Assembly: GCA_003220675.1 (NCBI GenBank)
Contig: QHTD01000054.1
Coordinates: 18,241-82,240 of the forward strand
From: Candidatus Rokuibacteriota bacterium
GTDB lineage: Bacteria > Methylomirabilota > Methylomirabilia > Rokubacteriales > CSP1-6
Length of the DNA: 64,000 bases
Direction of reading: 5' to 3'
The translations under genes and the position numbers were made by a program. Under the pieces are notes generated by a model. It was not told the DNA's origin. It ran no database searches and was given only the letters and a program-made list of their open reading frames with translations. Each line of letters starts with the position of its first letter. Positions within the stretch are counted from its first letter, which is position 1. Positions 9,134 through 19,439 of the stretch are shown here, piece by piece.

Positions 9134-9880
9134 TCAGCTGACGCGCCGTCCCCCGGCGTGCTCGGCGACCGCCGCCCGCAGCGCGGCGACCTCGCGCGGC
9201 GTGAGCCGGCGGACCGCGCCCGGCGCGAGACCGCCGAGCGCCACCGGCCCGAAGGCGATCCGCCGGAGCCGGACCACGCGATGCCCGAGAGCCTCGCAGT
9301 AGCGCTTGACCTCGTGCTTGCGCCCTTCGGTGAAGGTCAGCCTGAGACGGCTCCGGCCGGCGCTCGAGTGGACGAGCTCGACCGCGACGGGCTTCGCCGG
9401 ACCGTCGTCGAGCACGGTGCCCCGACGCCAGCGCCCGAGGGCGCCGGGCGCCACTCTCCCCTCCACGTCTGCCTCGTAGACGCGCGGGAGCGCGTAGCGC
9501 GGGTGGAGGAGCCGGTGGGTCAGCGCACCATCGTTGGTCAGGAGGAGCAGGCCCTCGACGTCCCGGTCGAGGCGCCCGACCGGGTAGAGGCGCGCGCCGA
9601 CGTCCGCAAGGTCAGCGACGACGGGACGTCCCTGGGGGTCGGCGAGGGTCGTGACGTAGCCGCGGGGCTTGTTGACGAGGAGGTAGTGCTTCGCCTCCGG
9701 CGGCGGCAGTTGCCGGCCGTCGACGGCGATCCGGTCGACGTCGGGATCGGCGAGGGTGGCTTGGTTCCGCGTGACCACGCCGTTGACGGCGACGTGGCCC
9801 TCGGCGATCAGGCCGTCAGCTCCCCGCCGGGACGTCAGCCCCGCCTGCGCCAGGATCTTGTTGAGCCTCAGCTTCGCCAT
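9134..9880 (-). CDS. rluB: 23S rRNA pseudouridine synthase (RluB/RsuA family, S4 domain + PUS core)
   Basis: The S4 domain MAKLRLNKILAQAGLTSRR and the catalytic motif VGRLDRDVEGLLLLTNDG. Its position after scpA-scpB is the conserved arrangement. Confidence 0.8.
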   Translation of the reverse strand: MAKLRLNKILAQAGLTSRRGADGLIAEGHVAVNGVVTRNQATLADPDVDRIAVDGRQLPPPEAKHYLLVNKPRGYVTTLADPQGRPVVADLADVGARLYPVGRLDRDVEGLLLLTNDGALTHRLLHPRYALPRVYEADVEGRVAPGALGRWRRGTVLDDGPAKPVAVELVHSSAGRSRLRLTFTEGRKHEVKRYCEALGHRVVRLRRIAFGPVALGGLAPGAVRRLTPREVAALRAAVAEHAGGRRVS

Positions 9881-10415
9881 GCTCGGCCACGGCGGCCAGC
9901 TCGGGCATCTGGAGGTCGCCCTCGACCTTCGGCAGGTCACCGAGGTCGCGCAGGCCGAACGCGACGAGGAACTCGCGCGTGGTCTCGAAGAGGTACGGCC
10001 GACCCGGGGCGTCCTTGCGGCCCGTGATGCGGATGAGGCGCCGCTCGAGCAGGTTGTCGAGCACGCCCTCGGAGTTCACGCCACGAACCGCGTCCAGCTC
10101 GGGGCGCGATACCGGCTGCTTGTAGGCGACGATCGCCAGCGTCTCGAGCGCAGGTCGCGTCAGGCGCTGCTTCGTCCGCGACCGCGTGAGGCGCACCAGC
10201 CAGGGCGCCAGCTCGGGCCGCGTGACCATGCAGTAACCGCCGCCGACCTCCACGATCTGGAGGCCGCGGTCGGTGTAGCGGGCGGAGAGCTCCTCGACGA
10301 GCTCACGCGCGGCGGCGACCGACGGGAGCTCGAGCACCTCGCGGAGGCGCGCGAGCTCCAGCGGGGTGTCCGAGGCGAAGAGCAAGGCTTCCAGGATGTC
10401 AGTTCGAGCCGGCAT
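9816..10415 (-). CDS. scpB: segregation and condensation protein B
   Basis: ILEALLFASDTPL...LQIVEVGGGY...SRPELDAVRGVNSEGVLDNLLERRLI ScpB winged-helix repeats. Confidence 0.85.
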   Translation of the reverse strand: MPARTDILEALLFASDTPLELARLREVLELPSVAAARELVEELSARYTDRGLQIVEVGGGYCMVTRPELAPWLVRLTRSRTKQRLTRPALETLAIVAYKQPVSRPELDAVRGVNSEGVLDNLLERRLIRITGRKDAPGRPYLFETTREFLVAFGLRDLGDLPKVEGDLQMPELAAVAEHGEAEAQQDPGAGGADVPAGS

Positions 10416-11172
10416 GGGTCTCTCCGCTGTGGCGTTCGATGACGATCTCGCCGAAGAGCTCGGTCTGTTGGGTGCGGATCCGCCCGAGACGGACCAGCTC
10501 CAGCACCGAGAGCAGGGTGACCACGACCTCGGAGCGGCGGCGCTCGCCCCCGACGAGCGACGAGAACAGGAGCGACCACGTGTCGCGGAGCAGCGTGAGG
10601 ATCTCGGTCATCCGCTCGAGGACCGAGGGCGGGTTGGGCTCGATCTCGCGGGGCGTCTTGCGGAGCTGCTCCTCGATCAGGCGCCGCATCGCCCGCTCGA
10701 GCAGGTGGGCCGACAGGTCCTCGAGCGGGACCTCCCCTGGCGGTGGCAAGGCGCCCGCCGGGCGACTCCAGAGGAGCGCTTGCTCCGCCTCTCGCGTCCC
10801 CAACCACGTGCCGAGGGCCTTCACGCGCGCGTACGCGCGCAGCCGCTCCTCGAGCTCGAGCCGAAGCGCCTCGCCCTCCTCGTCCAGCGCCTCGGTCTCG
10901 CTCGGATCGGGCGGCACGAGCAGCTTGGACTTGAGGTGGATGAGCGTCGCGGCCATCACCAGGTACGCGCCGGCGGCCTCGAGGTCGCGGAACTCGATCG
11001 CCTCGAGGTGCACCAGGTACTGGTCGGTGATCGTCCGCACCGGCAGCCGCGCCAGGTCGATCTCGTTGGTGCGGCAGAGGTGGAGCAGCAGGTCGAACGG
11101 GCCCTCGAAGGCCCCTACGCGGAGCGTGAGGTCCCGGGGCGGCTCGAGGGTCTTCGGCGCGTCCGCCGTCAT
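10399..11172 (-). CDS. scpA: segregation and condensation protein A (kleisin)
   Basis: FEGPFDLLLHLCRTNEIDLARLPVRTITDQYL...IHLKSKLLVP. The start is the M at MTADAPKT (about 11172), just after the trpS stop. Confidence 0.85.
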   Translation of the reverse strand: MTADAPKTLEPPRDLTLRVGAFEGPFDLLLHLCRTNEIDLARLPVRTITDQYLVHLEAIEFRDLEAAGAYLVMAATLIHLKSKLLVPPDPSETEALDEEGEALRLELEERLRAYARVKALGTWLGTREAEQALLWSRPAGALPPPGEVPLEDLSAHLLERAMRRLIEEQLRKTPREIEPNPPSVLERMTEILTLLRDTWSLLFSSLVGGERRRSEVVVTLLSVLELVRLGRIRTQQTELFGEIVIERHSGETHAGSN

Positions 11173-12158
11173 GGCGTGAGATTCACCGCTCCGCGGACCT
11201 CCTCCATCGTCGCCTGCGCCACCGCTCGGGCGCGCCTCGCGCCCTCCTGCAAGACGTCGACGATCACGTCCGGCCGCTCGGCGAACTTCTGGCGGCGCTC
11301 GCGGATGCCGTCGAGCCTGGGCACGAGGTGGCGGAGCAGGACGTCCTTGCAGTCGAGGCAGCCGATCCCCGCCGTGCGGCATCCCGTCGCGCACGCCTCG
11401 CGCTCGGCGGCGGGAGTGAAAATCTTGTGCAGGTCGAACACCGGGCAAACGTCGGGGTTGCCCGGGTCGCTCCGGCGCTTGCGCGCCGGGTCGGTCACCA
11501 TGGGCTTGACCTTCCGGATGATCACGTCCGGCGGGTCCGAGAGGTAGATCGCGTTGCCATAGGACTTCGACATCTTGCGCCCGTCGGTCCCCGGCACCTT
11601 GGGGATCTCCGTGAGCTTGGCGTCGGGCTCAGGGAACACGGGCGTGAACGCGTTGTTGAAGCGCCGTGCCACCTCGCGCGTCAGCTCGACGTGCGGCACC
11701 TGGTCCGCGCCGACCGGTACCCAGCGGGGCTTGTACATCAGGATGTCGGCCGCCTGGAGCAACGGGTAGCCGAGCAGCCCGTAAGACGGCGACGCGATCC
11801 CCTGCTGCTCGATGCGCTCCCTGTAGGTCGGCACGCGCTCGAGCCAGCCGACCGGGGTGACCATCGAGAAGAGCAGATGGAGCTCGGCGTGCTCGGGTAC
11901 CTGCGACTGGATGAACAGCGTCGAGCGGTGCGGGTCGAGGCCCGCGCCGAGCCAGTCCGCCACCATCTCTACCGTGTCGCCCGGGACCGTGGTCGTATCG
12001 GTGTCGTCGGTGAGGGCATGCCAGTTCGCGACGAAGTAGTAGCACTCGTATGCGTCCTGCAACTTGACCCAGTTGTCGAGCGCGCCGAGATAGTTGCCCA
12101 GGTGGACCTTCCCGCTCGGCCGCATCCCCGACAGCACACGCTCCCTGGCCCCCGTCAT
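11169..12158 (-). CDS. trpS: tryptophanyl-tRNA synthetase
   Basis: Class I motifs: HIGH-like SGKVHLGNYLGAL and KMSKS. The start is at MTGARERVLSGMRPSG. Confidence 0.9.
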   Translation of the reverse strand: MTGARERVLSGMRPSGKVHLGNYLGALDNWVKLQDAYECYYFVANWHALTDDTDTTTVPGDTVEMVADWLGAGLDPHRSTLFIQSQVPEHAELHLLFSMVTPVGWLERVPTYRERIEQQGIASPSYGLLGYPLLQAADILMYKPRWVPVGADQVPHVELTREVARRFNNAFTPVFPEPDAKLTEIPKVPGTDGRKMSKSYGNAIYLSDPPDVIIRKVKPMVTDPARKRRSDPGNPDVCPVFDLHKIFTPAAEREACATGCRTAGIGCLDCKDVLLRHLVPRLDGIRERRQKFAERPDVIVDVLQEGARRARAVAQATMEEVRGAVNLTP

Positions 12159-12913
12159 CAGCCCCTCGCTCTCTCCCAGACCTTCGCTGAACGGACGAAC
12201 ACATAGTACGCGTAGAGGGCGGCCAGAAGGAAGCCTCGCCAGCCGTCGAGGAACCCGGCGCGGGCCACGTACATCCCGAGGAACCTGCCGGCAGGCCGCA
12301 GCACGAGGTCCGAGAGCCTGACTGGCCGCCCGCTTCGGACCCATGCCTCGGCGGCCAGCGTCGAGTACCGGTCGGCGCGCGCCAGGAAATCGGTCACCCC
12401 GCGGTAGCTCCGGTGGACGAGCGGTGCCCCGAGCCGTCCGACGGTCCCGGTCACCTTCACCGACTCGTGGACGGCGTGGTCCACGAACTGGCCCCGGCCG
12501 CGCTGGAACAGCCTGAGCTGCCAGTCCGGATAGAGTCCGCCGTGACGGACCCAGTGGCCCCAGAAGATGTTCCGCCGCGGTATCCGGTAGCCGTCCGCGG
12601 CCTCACCTCTGCCCTCGAGCACCCTTCCGATCTCAGCCCTGAGCTCAGGCGAGACCTCCTCGTCCGCGTCGACGGAGAGGACCCAGTCGCGGGTCGCCTG
12701 TTCGAGGGCGAAGTTCTTCTGGCTGGCGAACCCGGGCCACGGCCGGACCCAGACGCGGTCGGTAAACTCGCGCGCGATCTGGACCGTCTTGTCGCTCGAC
12801 TCGGCGTCCACCACGATCAGTTCATCGGCCCAGGCCAGGCTCTCGAGGCAGTCGCGCAGGCGCTCTTCCTCGTTGAACGTGATGACGACCGCCGAGACGC
12901 CGAGCCGGGTCAC
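12158..12913 (-). CDS. family 2 glycosyltransferase (LPS core-type)
   Basis: VSAVVITFNEEERL...LIVVDAESSDKT...VLSVDADEE GT-A fold with the DXD motif. GTG start at about 12913. Confidence 0.7.
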   Translation of the reverse strand: MTRLGVSAVVITFNEEERLRDCLESLAWADELIVVDAESSDKTVQIAREFTDRVWVRPWPGFASQKNFALEQATRDWVLSVDADEEVSPELRAEIGRVLEGRGEAADGYRIPRRNIFWGHWVRHGGLYPDWQLRLFQRGRGQFVDHAVHESVKVTGTVGRLGAPLVHRSYRGVTDFLARADRYSTLAAEAWVRSGRPVRLSDLVLRPAGRFLGMYVARAGFLDGWRGFLLAALYAYYVFVRSAKVWERARG

Positions 12914-13995
12914 GGTTGCGGGGGCCGCGAAGTCGGCGCGGTCGGTGGGTGGCCTGAGACGAGGCGCGACCCAGACGAGGTCTGCCCGGCGGACTCGAGC
13001 GCCGCGATGACGCCCGCGAGCACCGCCTCCACGTCGATCCCGGCGAGCGTGCCGTCCGGGCTCTGGAGCGCCCGGCGGACCTGTCCCCAGGGGCCGTTGC
13101 GCTCGGCGGCGGTCGGTCCGTAGAGCCCGACACACGCGACTCCGAGGGCGGCGGCCAGATGGAGCGGCCCGGTGTCGCCCCCGACGACGACCGCCGCGCG
13201 CCAGAGCAGCGCGACGAGCTCCTCGATGGAGCTCGTCGGAGCGAGCAGCGCCCGGCCGTCGCGTGCCGAGTCCACGATCGCCTTCGCGGTATCGTGCTCC
13301 CCGGGGCCCCACACGACGAGCACCGACGCGCCGGTCTCCGCGGTGAGGCGTGCGCCGAGGGCGGCGAAGCGGTCGGCGGGCCAGCGCTTGTCGGCCCTCC
13401 CCGCGCCCGGCAGAAGGGCGACGAGCCGATCGCTGGGCTTCACGCCCGACCGCACGAAGAACGCGTCAGCACGCGCCTCGGCGGCGGCATTCCTCGGCAG
13501 CGGGAACTCGATCGCGGCGGGCCGGACGCCGAGCGGTTCGAGCAGCGCGAGGTACTGCTCGACCACGTGCCGCGCGGTCGCGGGCGGCGTCACGTGCCGG
13601 TTCGTCAGGAGCGCGCTCCAGCGCTCACGGCAGAGGGCGGGGGCGAAGCCGATCCTGAGCGGGGCACGCGTCGCCGCCGTCAGGAGACCGCTCTTCAGGA
13701 GCCCCTGGAGGTCCAGGGCGACGTCGAACCGCGCCGCACGCAGATCCCGCGCAAGCTCGCTGAGACCGCGGCCCGCGCGCGCGAGGTCCACGGGCGCCAG
13801 CGCGCGGCGCCAGCCGCGCGTGTCCACGGGCACGACCGCGTCGAGGATCGCGTTGCCCCTGAGCAGCGCCGCCTCGCGGCGCTCGACGATCCAGCTGAGG
13901 CGCGCGTGGGGCAACCGCGCGCGAAGCGCTGCCGCGACCGGGAGCGCGTGGACAACGTCGCCGAGCGACGAAAGCTTCACGAGCGCGATGTTCAC
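12910..13995 (-). CDS. ADP-heptose:LPS heptosyltransferase (GT9, WaaC/WaaF family)
   Basis: [25 protein letters not shown]...[25 protein letters not shown]9 signature. Confidence 0.8.
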   Translation of the reverse strand: MNIALVKLSSLGDVVHALPVAAALRARLPHARLSWIVERREAALLRGNAILDAVVPVDTRGWRRALAPVDLARAGRGLSELARDLRAARFDVALDLQGLLKSGLLTAATRAPLRIGFAPALCRERWSALLTNRHVTPPATARHVVEQYLALLEPLGVRPAAIEFPLPRNAAAEARADAFFVRSGVKPSDRLVALLPGAGRADKRWPADRFAALGARLTAETGASVLVVWGPGEHDTAKAIVDSARDGRALLAPTSSIEELVALLWRAAVVVGGDTGPLHLAAALGVACVGLYGPTAAERNGPWGQVRRALQSPDGTLAGIDVEAVLAGVIAALESAGQTSSGSRLVSGHPPTAPTSRPPQP

Positions 13996-14456
13996 CTGAA
14001 CCGCTCGACGATCCGCGAGATCAAGTCCCGCGTGGAGTGATTCTTCGGGTCGCCGACGACGGCCACCTCCCCGCCCACCGCCCGGACCGTGAGCACCTCA
14101 GGCACCGAGTCGGTCCCGTAGTCCGTCCCCTTGGCGTGCACGTGGGGCCGGAGCGAGGTGATCAGCCGGTCTGCCGTGTCGTCGTCGAATACGACGACGT
14201 GGTCGACGTCGCGGAGCGACGACAAGAGCTCGGCGCGCTCTGCGGCCGGCATCAGCGGACGCCCCGGGCCCTTCAGGCGCGCCACCGCGGCGTCCGAGTT
14301 GATGCCGACGAAGAGCACGTCGCCGAGCCGCCGGGCGGCGCGAAGGTAGCGGAGGTGGCCGACGTGCAGGAGGTCGAAACAGCCGTTCGCGAGGACGATG
14401 CGTCGGCCCTCGGCCCGGAGCCGCGCGGCGAGGGCGGCCGCTTCGTCGAGGGTCAT
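13992..14456 (-). CDS. hldC: D-beta-D-heptose 1-phosphate adenylyltransferase (stand-alone RfaE domain II)
   Basis: [35 protein letters not shown] is a cytidylyltransferase-like HxGH fold, at about 154 aa. Confidence 0.8.
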   Translation of the reverse strand: MTLDEAAALAARLRAEGRRIVLANGCFDLLHVGHLRYLRAARRLGDVLFVGINSDAAVARLKGPGRPLMPAAERAELLSSLRDVDHVVVFDDDTADRLITSLRPHVHAKGTDYGTDSVPEVLTVRAVGGEVAVVGDPKNHSTRDLISRIVERFR

Positions 14457-14466
14457 GGCGGCGGCG

Positions 14467-15456
14467 TCACGGCTCCCCGCGGAGGCCGAGTGCCTGCCTC
14501 AACTCAGCGCGCGAGACCGTGGCGGTACCCCGCTTCATCACCACGATCCCACCCGCGACGTTCGCGAGCGCCGCGGCAACGGCGGGCGCGGCGCGGCACG
14601 CCAGGGCGAGCGTGAAAGTGCTGATGACGGTGTCGCCCGCCCCCGTGACGTCGGCGATCTCGTCGGTGCCGTGGATCGGGACGAAGGTCGTCGCGCCGTC
14701 GCGCTCGAAGAGGGCCATGCCGCGGCTGCCCCGGGTGACGAGGAGAACGCGCGCGTCGAGCCGCTCGAGCAGCTGGCGTCCCGCCTTCTCGACGCTCCGC
14801 TCATCGTCGACGGGCATGCCGGTGAGCTGCTCGAGCTCCGCCTCGTTGGGCGTGGCGGCGGTGGCGCCCCCGAAGCGGGGAAGCTGGTAGCGGCTGTCGA
14901 CCGTGACGATCGCATTCGCGCGGCGGGCGACGGTCTTGACGCGCTCGAAGACGCGCGGCGTGACGGTTCCGTAGCCGTAGTCCGAGACGAGGATCGCGTC
15001 GGCGCGCGCCGCGAGCGCCGTGAGCCGGCCGAGCAGCGCGTCCTCCGTGGTCGGCGAGAGCTCACCGGCCGGCTCGCGGTCGAGGCGGACCACCTGCTGG
15101 CGCGTCGCCTGGTAGCCGCCGGCCATGATCCGCGTCTTCACGGTCGTCGTGCGGCCCGCCTCCGACACGACGCCGTCGGTCGGGATGCCGGCGGCGTGAA
15201 GGAGTGCCACGAGTTCCTCACCCGCCCCGTCGCGCCCGATGACGCCGATGGGGATCGCCCGCGCGCCGAGCGCGCACACGTTGTGCGCCGCGTTCGCCCC
15301 GCCGCCCAGCAGCACCTCGCGCTCGGCGAATCTCAAGATCACGACCGGCGCCTCGCGCGAGATCCGCGTCGGCTTGCCGAAGAGATACTCGTCCGCGATG
15401 AGGTCGCCGAGGACCACGACCGTGCGCGCGCCGAAGCCGTCGACCGCGGCGCGCAT
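14467..15456 (-). CDS. hldA: D-beta-D-heptose 7-phosphate kinase (stand-alone RfaE domain I, PfkB family)
   Basis: [29 protein letters not shown]...[13 protein letters not shown] is the PfkB ribokinase signature. The start is probably the M at MRAAVDG (15456). Confidence 0.8.
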   Translation of the reverse strand: MRAAVDGFGARTVVVLGDLIADEYLFGKPTRISREAPVVILRFAEREVLLGGGANAAHNVCALGARAIPIGVIGRDGAGEELVALLHAAGIPTDGVVSEAGRTTTVKTRIMAGGYQATRQQVVRLDREPAGELSPTTEDALLGRLTALAARADAILVSDYGYGTVTPRVFERVKTVARRANAIVTVDSRYQLPRFGGATAATPNEAELEQLTGMPVDDERSVEKAGRQLLERLDARVLLVTRGSRGMALFERDGATTFVPIHGTDEIADVTGAGDTVISTFTLALACRAAPAVAAALANVAGGIVVMKRGTATVSRAELRQALGLRGEP

Positions 15457-15473
15457 CCCGTTCGTCGCCTCGG

Positions 15474-16091
15474 TCACGCGGAGCGCCTCGCGAGCACCCA
15501 GTCGACGGCCTCGAGGAGGTCCGCGGCCACGTGATCGGGCCGGACCGGAAAGGTCGAGCGCCGATACTCCCACTCGCCGAGCCCGTAACCGGTCAGGACG
15601 AGCACACTCTGCGCCCCGACGGCGCGCGCCGGCACGAGGTCGGACGGCCTGTCGCCGACCAGCGTGGCCTGCGAGAGATCGAGCCCGTGATCGGCGGCGG
15701 CGCGATAGAGGAGCCCTGGCTTGGGCTTGCGGCAGTCGCAGACCGCCCGATACGGGGGCTCGCCGTCGGTCGGATGATGCGGGCAGACGTAGATGCCGTC
15801 CAGGTAGGCGCCTTCGTCCTTGAGCCTTGCGACGAGCGCCGCGTTCACCGCGGCCAGAACTTCCTCCGAGAAGTATCCACGAGCCAGGCCCGCCTGGTTG
15901 GTCACGACGAGGGCCGCGATGCCGGCCTCGTTCAGGCGGCGGATCGCCTCCGCTGATCGAGGCAGCAGTCGTAGCCGACTGGGATGGTTGACGTAGCCCA
16001 CCTCGTCCGTGAGCGTCCCGTCACGATCGACGAAGACCGCTGGGCGAGAACCCACGCCGCCGAGTTTAAGACGCATATCCGGATTTCTCAA
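15474..16091 (-). CDS. gmhB: D-glycero-D-manno-heptose 1,7-bisphosphate phosphatase
   Basis: HAD motif I FVDRDGTL, then CDCRKPKPGLL..VGDRPSD, plus the Zn-binding CPHH..C motif. Confidence 0.85.
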   Translation of the reverse strand: MRNPDMRLKLGGVGSRPAVFVDRDGTLTDEVGYVNHPSRLRLLPRSAEAIRRLNEAGIAALVVTNQAGLARGYFSEEVLAAVNAALVARLKDEGAYLDGIYVCPHHPTDGEPPYRAVCDCRKPKPGLLYRAAADHGLDLSQATLVGDRPSDLVPARAVGAQSVLVLTGYGLGEWEYRRSTFPVRPDHVAADLLEAVDWVLARRSA

Positions 16092-17200
16092 GGAAAATCG
16101 TGCCTTGCGGCTGCAATCCGATGATAGATCCGGGCGAATCCGGCGACCTGCGCGGCGAACGTGAAGGGCTCGGCGGCGCGGCGCGCGGCATCGGTGAGCT
16201 CGTCAGGGTTCCGCTCGCGGAGGCGCCCGAGCGCCGTCGCGATCGCGCGCGCATCGCGTGGGTCCACGACCGCCCCGCTCTGACCGTCCACGATCGCCTC
16301 GGCGCCGCCGGCCGCGGCGCTCGCGACGACCGGGACTCCCGATGCGAGCGCTTCGAGGTGGACGTTGCCGAACGGCTCGTAGCGGCTCGGCAGGACGACG
16401 ACGTCAGCGGCGGCGTACCAGCGCTCGACGTCGTGCCGCGGACCGAGCCACGTGATCCGGGTGTCCACTGCGAGGCGGGCCGCCCGCTCCCGGAACGCCT
16501 GCGTGGCGCCCCGGCCGATGACGATGAGGCGACTCGAGCGGTCTGCGGAGATGGCGAGCGCGTCGATCACGGTGTCAAGGCCCTTGCGCTCGAAGCCGCT
16601 CCCGACGAAGAGCAGGGTCCACGCGTCGGCGACCACCCCGGCCTCGGCGCGGGCGAGGTACCGCTGCGCCGCGCGGTTCTTCGGGTGGAAGCGCTCGAGG
16701 TCCACACCGTTGTAGACGACCGAGAGACGCTCGCGCGGGACGCCGTAGAGGTCGGCGATCTCCGCCGCGCTGCGGCGGGAGATCGCGACGATGTGCGCAG
16801 TCGCCGCGAACACGCGCCGCTCGAGCTCGAGCACGACGCGGTGGAACAACGGGCGACGCCGCCGCGAATCGCTCATGCTCTCGAGGTAGGCCCGGTGGCA
16901 ACCCTCCCCCGCCCGGTAGATGTCCTGGCGGAGCGTGCGCTCGTGGCTCTGCACGACGTCCCAACCGCCGCCGGCCACGACGACGCGCGCGACAGCCGCG
17001 AGCGCCAGGGCGCGCGCCGCGGACGGGAGCGGGGGGAGCGGGAGCACCCGCCGTGTGACGCCAGGCATCCGCGCCTGGCCATACGCGCTCAGGAGGTGGA
17101 CATCGTAGCCGTGCTGTACCAGCGCGTCCACGAGACCGGCCGTCGCCCGCTCGACGCCGCCGTGAAAGACGAAGGGGCGCGCGATGATGAGAAGCTTCAC
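16088..17200 (-). CDS. family 4 glycosyltransferase (WaaG-like LPS core glycosyltransferase)
   Basis: GT-B fold with the EPFGNVHLEALASGVPVV E-X7-E-like motif. Confidence 0.75.
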   Translation of the reverse strand: MKLLIIARPFVFHGGVERATAGLVDALVQHGYDVHLLSAYGQARMPGVTRRVLPLPPLPSAARALALAAVARVVVAGGGWDVVQSHERTLRQDIYRAGEGCHRAYLESMSDSRRRRPLFHRVVLELERRVFAATAHIVAISRRSAAEIADLYGVPRERLSVVYNGVDLERFHPKNRAAQRYLARAEAGVVADAWTLLFVGSGFERKGLDTVIDALAISADRSSRLIVIGRGATQAFRERAARLAVDTRITWLGPRHDVERWYAAADVVVLPSRYEPFGNVHLEALASGVPVVASAAAGGAEAIVDGQSGAVVDPRDARAIATALGRLRERNPDELTDAARRAAEPFTFAAQVAGFARIYHRIAAARHDFP

Positions 17201-18318
17201 GCCGAGAGAAGGCGCTCGATGAGGGGAAACAGGGTGGCCCGCGCGGCGCGGAAGCTATACCGCTCGTCGCAGCGCCGGCGGGCGCGCGCGCCGAGCTCTC
17301 TGGCCTCCGCGGGGTGCTCGAGCAGGCGCCGGATCGCCGCGGCGAGCCCGCGCGGCTCCCCCGGCGCCACGACGAGACCGCAGCCGTCGAGGATCTCCGG
17401 GATCATCGAGACGGCCGTGGAGACAATCGGACGCCCGAGCGCCATCGCGTCGAAGAGCTTCGCAGGCACCTGTCCGACCGTGTCCGTCGTGGCCCGCTGG
17501 GGCACCGCCACGACGTCGGCGGCGACGAGGTAGTGCGGGACCTCGTCGAACGGGATCTCGCCGAGGACCTTCACGTGCGGCAGCGCCGCCCAGCGCCGTA
17601 CCGCAAGGCGTTCGCGATTCGCGCCGACCATGGCGAGAACCACGCCCGGCCCGAGGAGGCCCACCGCCTCGACGAGATCGTCCACGCCCTTGTAGGCGCG
17701 CGGCGTGCCGAGGAACATGACGACCTTCTCCCGCCCGACGCCGAGCGCCGCCCGCGCTCCCGCCGGATCGTAGCGGGCGGGATCCCAGGCATCGGTGTCG
17801 CGCACGTGCGGGAGCAGGACGCCGCCGAAGCGCTCGGCGAGGAAGCGCGAGGCGACCGTGAGGGCGTCGGCGCGCCGGACGAGGCGAGCCGTCATCCACG
17901 TCCACGCGAGCCCGTTGGGGTCGGCGAGGTCGAGCGCCCGGCCGACGCGGCCCCAGACCCCCGCACGGTAGAAGAACCCGAGCTCCCAGTCGTCGATGTC
18001 GAGAAGCAGCGGCCGCCGACGACGCGACCGGGCGAGCAGGCCGAGACCGTAGCTCGTCGGGCGCGGCTTCGACGCGACGATGAGGTCGCCGTCGATCAGG
18101 GAGAGCAGCGCGGGAAGACGCCGAAGAAATCCCGGATACTTGCCCGTCCGGCTCGTGCGGTGTCTGACACTGCCGCCCTCGGCAGGCTTCCAGAGCGACG
18201 GACCGAACTGGGGGCCGACGACCTCGACTTCCCAGCGCGCCGCGAGGAGGCGCGCGAGCAGATCGGCGCGGCCCGTCGCGTTGTCGGAGAGGTCGAAGGC
18301 GACGACCGAGATCTTCAC
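17197..18318 (-). CDS. family 4 glycosyltransferase
   Basis: A GT4 body (KISVVAFDLSDNATGR ... PQRATTDTVGQVPAKLFDAMALGRPIV). GTG start at about 18318. The first 159 codons of the track ORF are an Arg-rich out-of-frame artefact. Confidence 0.7.
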   Translation of the reverse strand: MKISVVAFDLSDNATGRADLLARLLAARWEVEVVGPQFGPSLWKPAEGGSVRHRTSRTGKYPGFLRRLPALLSLIDGDLIVASKPRPTSYGLGLLARSRRRRPLLLDIDDWELGFFYRAGVWGRVGRALDLADPNGLAWTWMTARLVRRADALTVASRFLAERFGGVLLPHVRDTDAWDPARYDPAGARAALGVGREKVVMFLGTPRAYKGVDDLVEAVGLLGPGVVLAMVGANRERLAVRRWAALPHVKVLGEIPFDEVPHYLVAADVVAVPQRATTDTVGQVPAKLFDAMALGRPIVSTAVSMIPEILDGCGLVVAPGEPRGLAAAIRRLLEHPAEARELGARARRRCDERYSFRAARATLFPLIERLLSA

Positions 18319-19439
18319 GGGCCCGCGGCCGCCACGAATCGCGCGTAGCGGGCTTCGAGCGCGGCGGCCAGACAAGCGCCCGAGTACCGGTTTTCGACAA
18401 GCTTCCGTCCCGCGCGGCCGAGCCGGTCTCGCTCGGCAGGGTTCCCGAGCAGGCGCGCGACCGCGTCGGCGAGCGCCGCGGTGTCGCCAGCGGGCACGAG
18501 AAGCGCGCTCGCGCCGTCGGTGAGCACCTCGGGCACGACGCCCACGCGCGAGGCGATCAGCGGTCGGCCGGCGCCGAGGCACTCGAAGACGACGCGCGAC
18601 ATGCCGTCTGACTCGAGCGGGACGTAGAGGACGAGGTCGAGCGCCGCGAGCACCTGGGGCAGATCGTCCGCGAATCCCGCGACGGTGAACTGGGCCTCGA
18701 GGCCCGCGGTCCGGATCGCCTCGCGGATCGAGGGCTCCATCGCGCCGCGCCCGACGAAGACGAAGCGCGGGCGCAGTCCCGTAGCGGCCAGGCACGATGC
18801 GGCCTCGATCACGACGGCGTGGCCCTTCATCACCCTGAGCCCCGCGACCATCCCGACGAGCGGGCGATCGGGCTCGCCGCCGAGCCGCCGACGGATGGCC
18901 GGGTCCGCCGGGAGCGGTCGGTACGCCTCAGTGTCGACGCCGCCCGGGAGCGCCGTCACGCGCTCGGGCTCGAGGAGCCCCGAGGCGATGTACTGGCCGC
19001 GAATCGCGTCGGTCACCGTGACGACCCATGCCGTCGCCCGCCGGTAGAGCCAGCGGTTGGCCGCGTGCGCCCGGACCGCGTGCGCGATGTGGCGTGTGCG
19101 GACGATCGGGCGCGGCGTCCGGCTGAGCCGGTTGGCGGCGGCGGCGAGCCAGTGCTCCTTGCCGCGATGGACGTGGACGAGGTCGGCCTCCCCGAGCTTC
19201 GCGACGAGCCGGCGCACGTCGGCGGCGTCGGCGCGGGGCTTGAGCCCGCTCGCGAAGGCGAACGTCTCGATGCGCTGGATCCCCAGGGACCGCGCTGGCG
19301 CGATCACCCTCTGCTCCGCTCCCGCGCGGCAGCCGAGCGTCACCTGGTGGCCGCGACGCTCGAGCTCGCGGCACACGCGTGCGGCCCAGTACGCGTCGGA
19401 GGACCAGCCGCGGCAGGAGACGAGATGGAGGATCCTCAC
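18315..19439 (-). CDS. family 4 glycosyltransferase
   Basis: VRILHLVSCRGWSSDAYWA ... ESDGMSRVVFECLGAGRPLIAS. The start overlaps the downstream gene's stop. Confidence 0.7.
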   Translation of the reverse strand: MRILHLVSCRGWSSDAYWAARVCRELERRGHQVTLGCRAGAEQRVIAPARSLGIQRIETFAFASGLKPRADAADVRRLVAKLGEADLVHVHRGKEHWLAAAANRLSRTPRPIVRTRHIAHAVRAHAANRWLYRRATAWVVTVTDAIRGQYIASGLLEPERVTALPGGVDTEAYRPLPADPAIRRRLGGEPDRPLVGMVAGLRVMKGHAVVIEAASCLAATGLRPRFVFVGRGAMEPSIREAIRTAGLEAQFTVAGFADDLPQVLAALDLVLYVPLESDGMSRVVFECLGAGRPLIASRVGVVPEVLTDGASALLVPAGDTAALADAVARLLGNPAERDRLGRAGRKLVENRYSGACLAAALEARYARFVAAAGP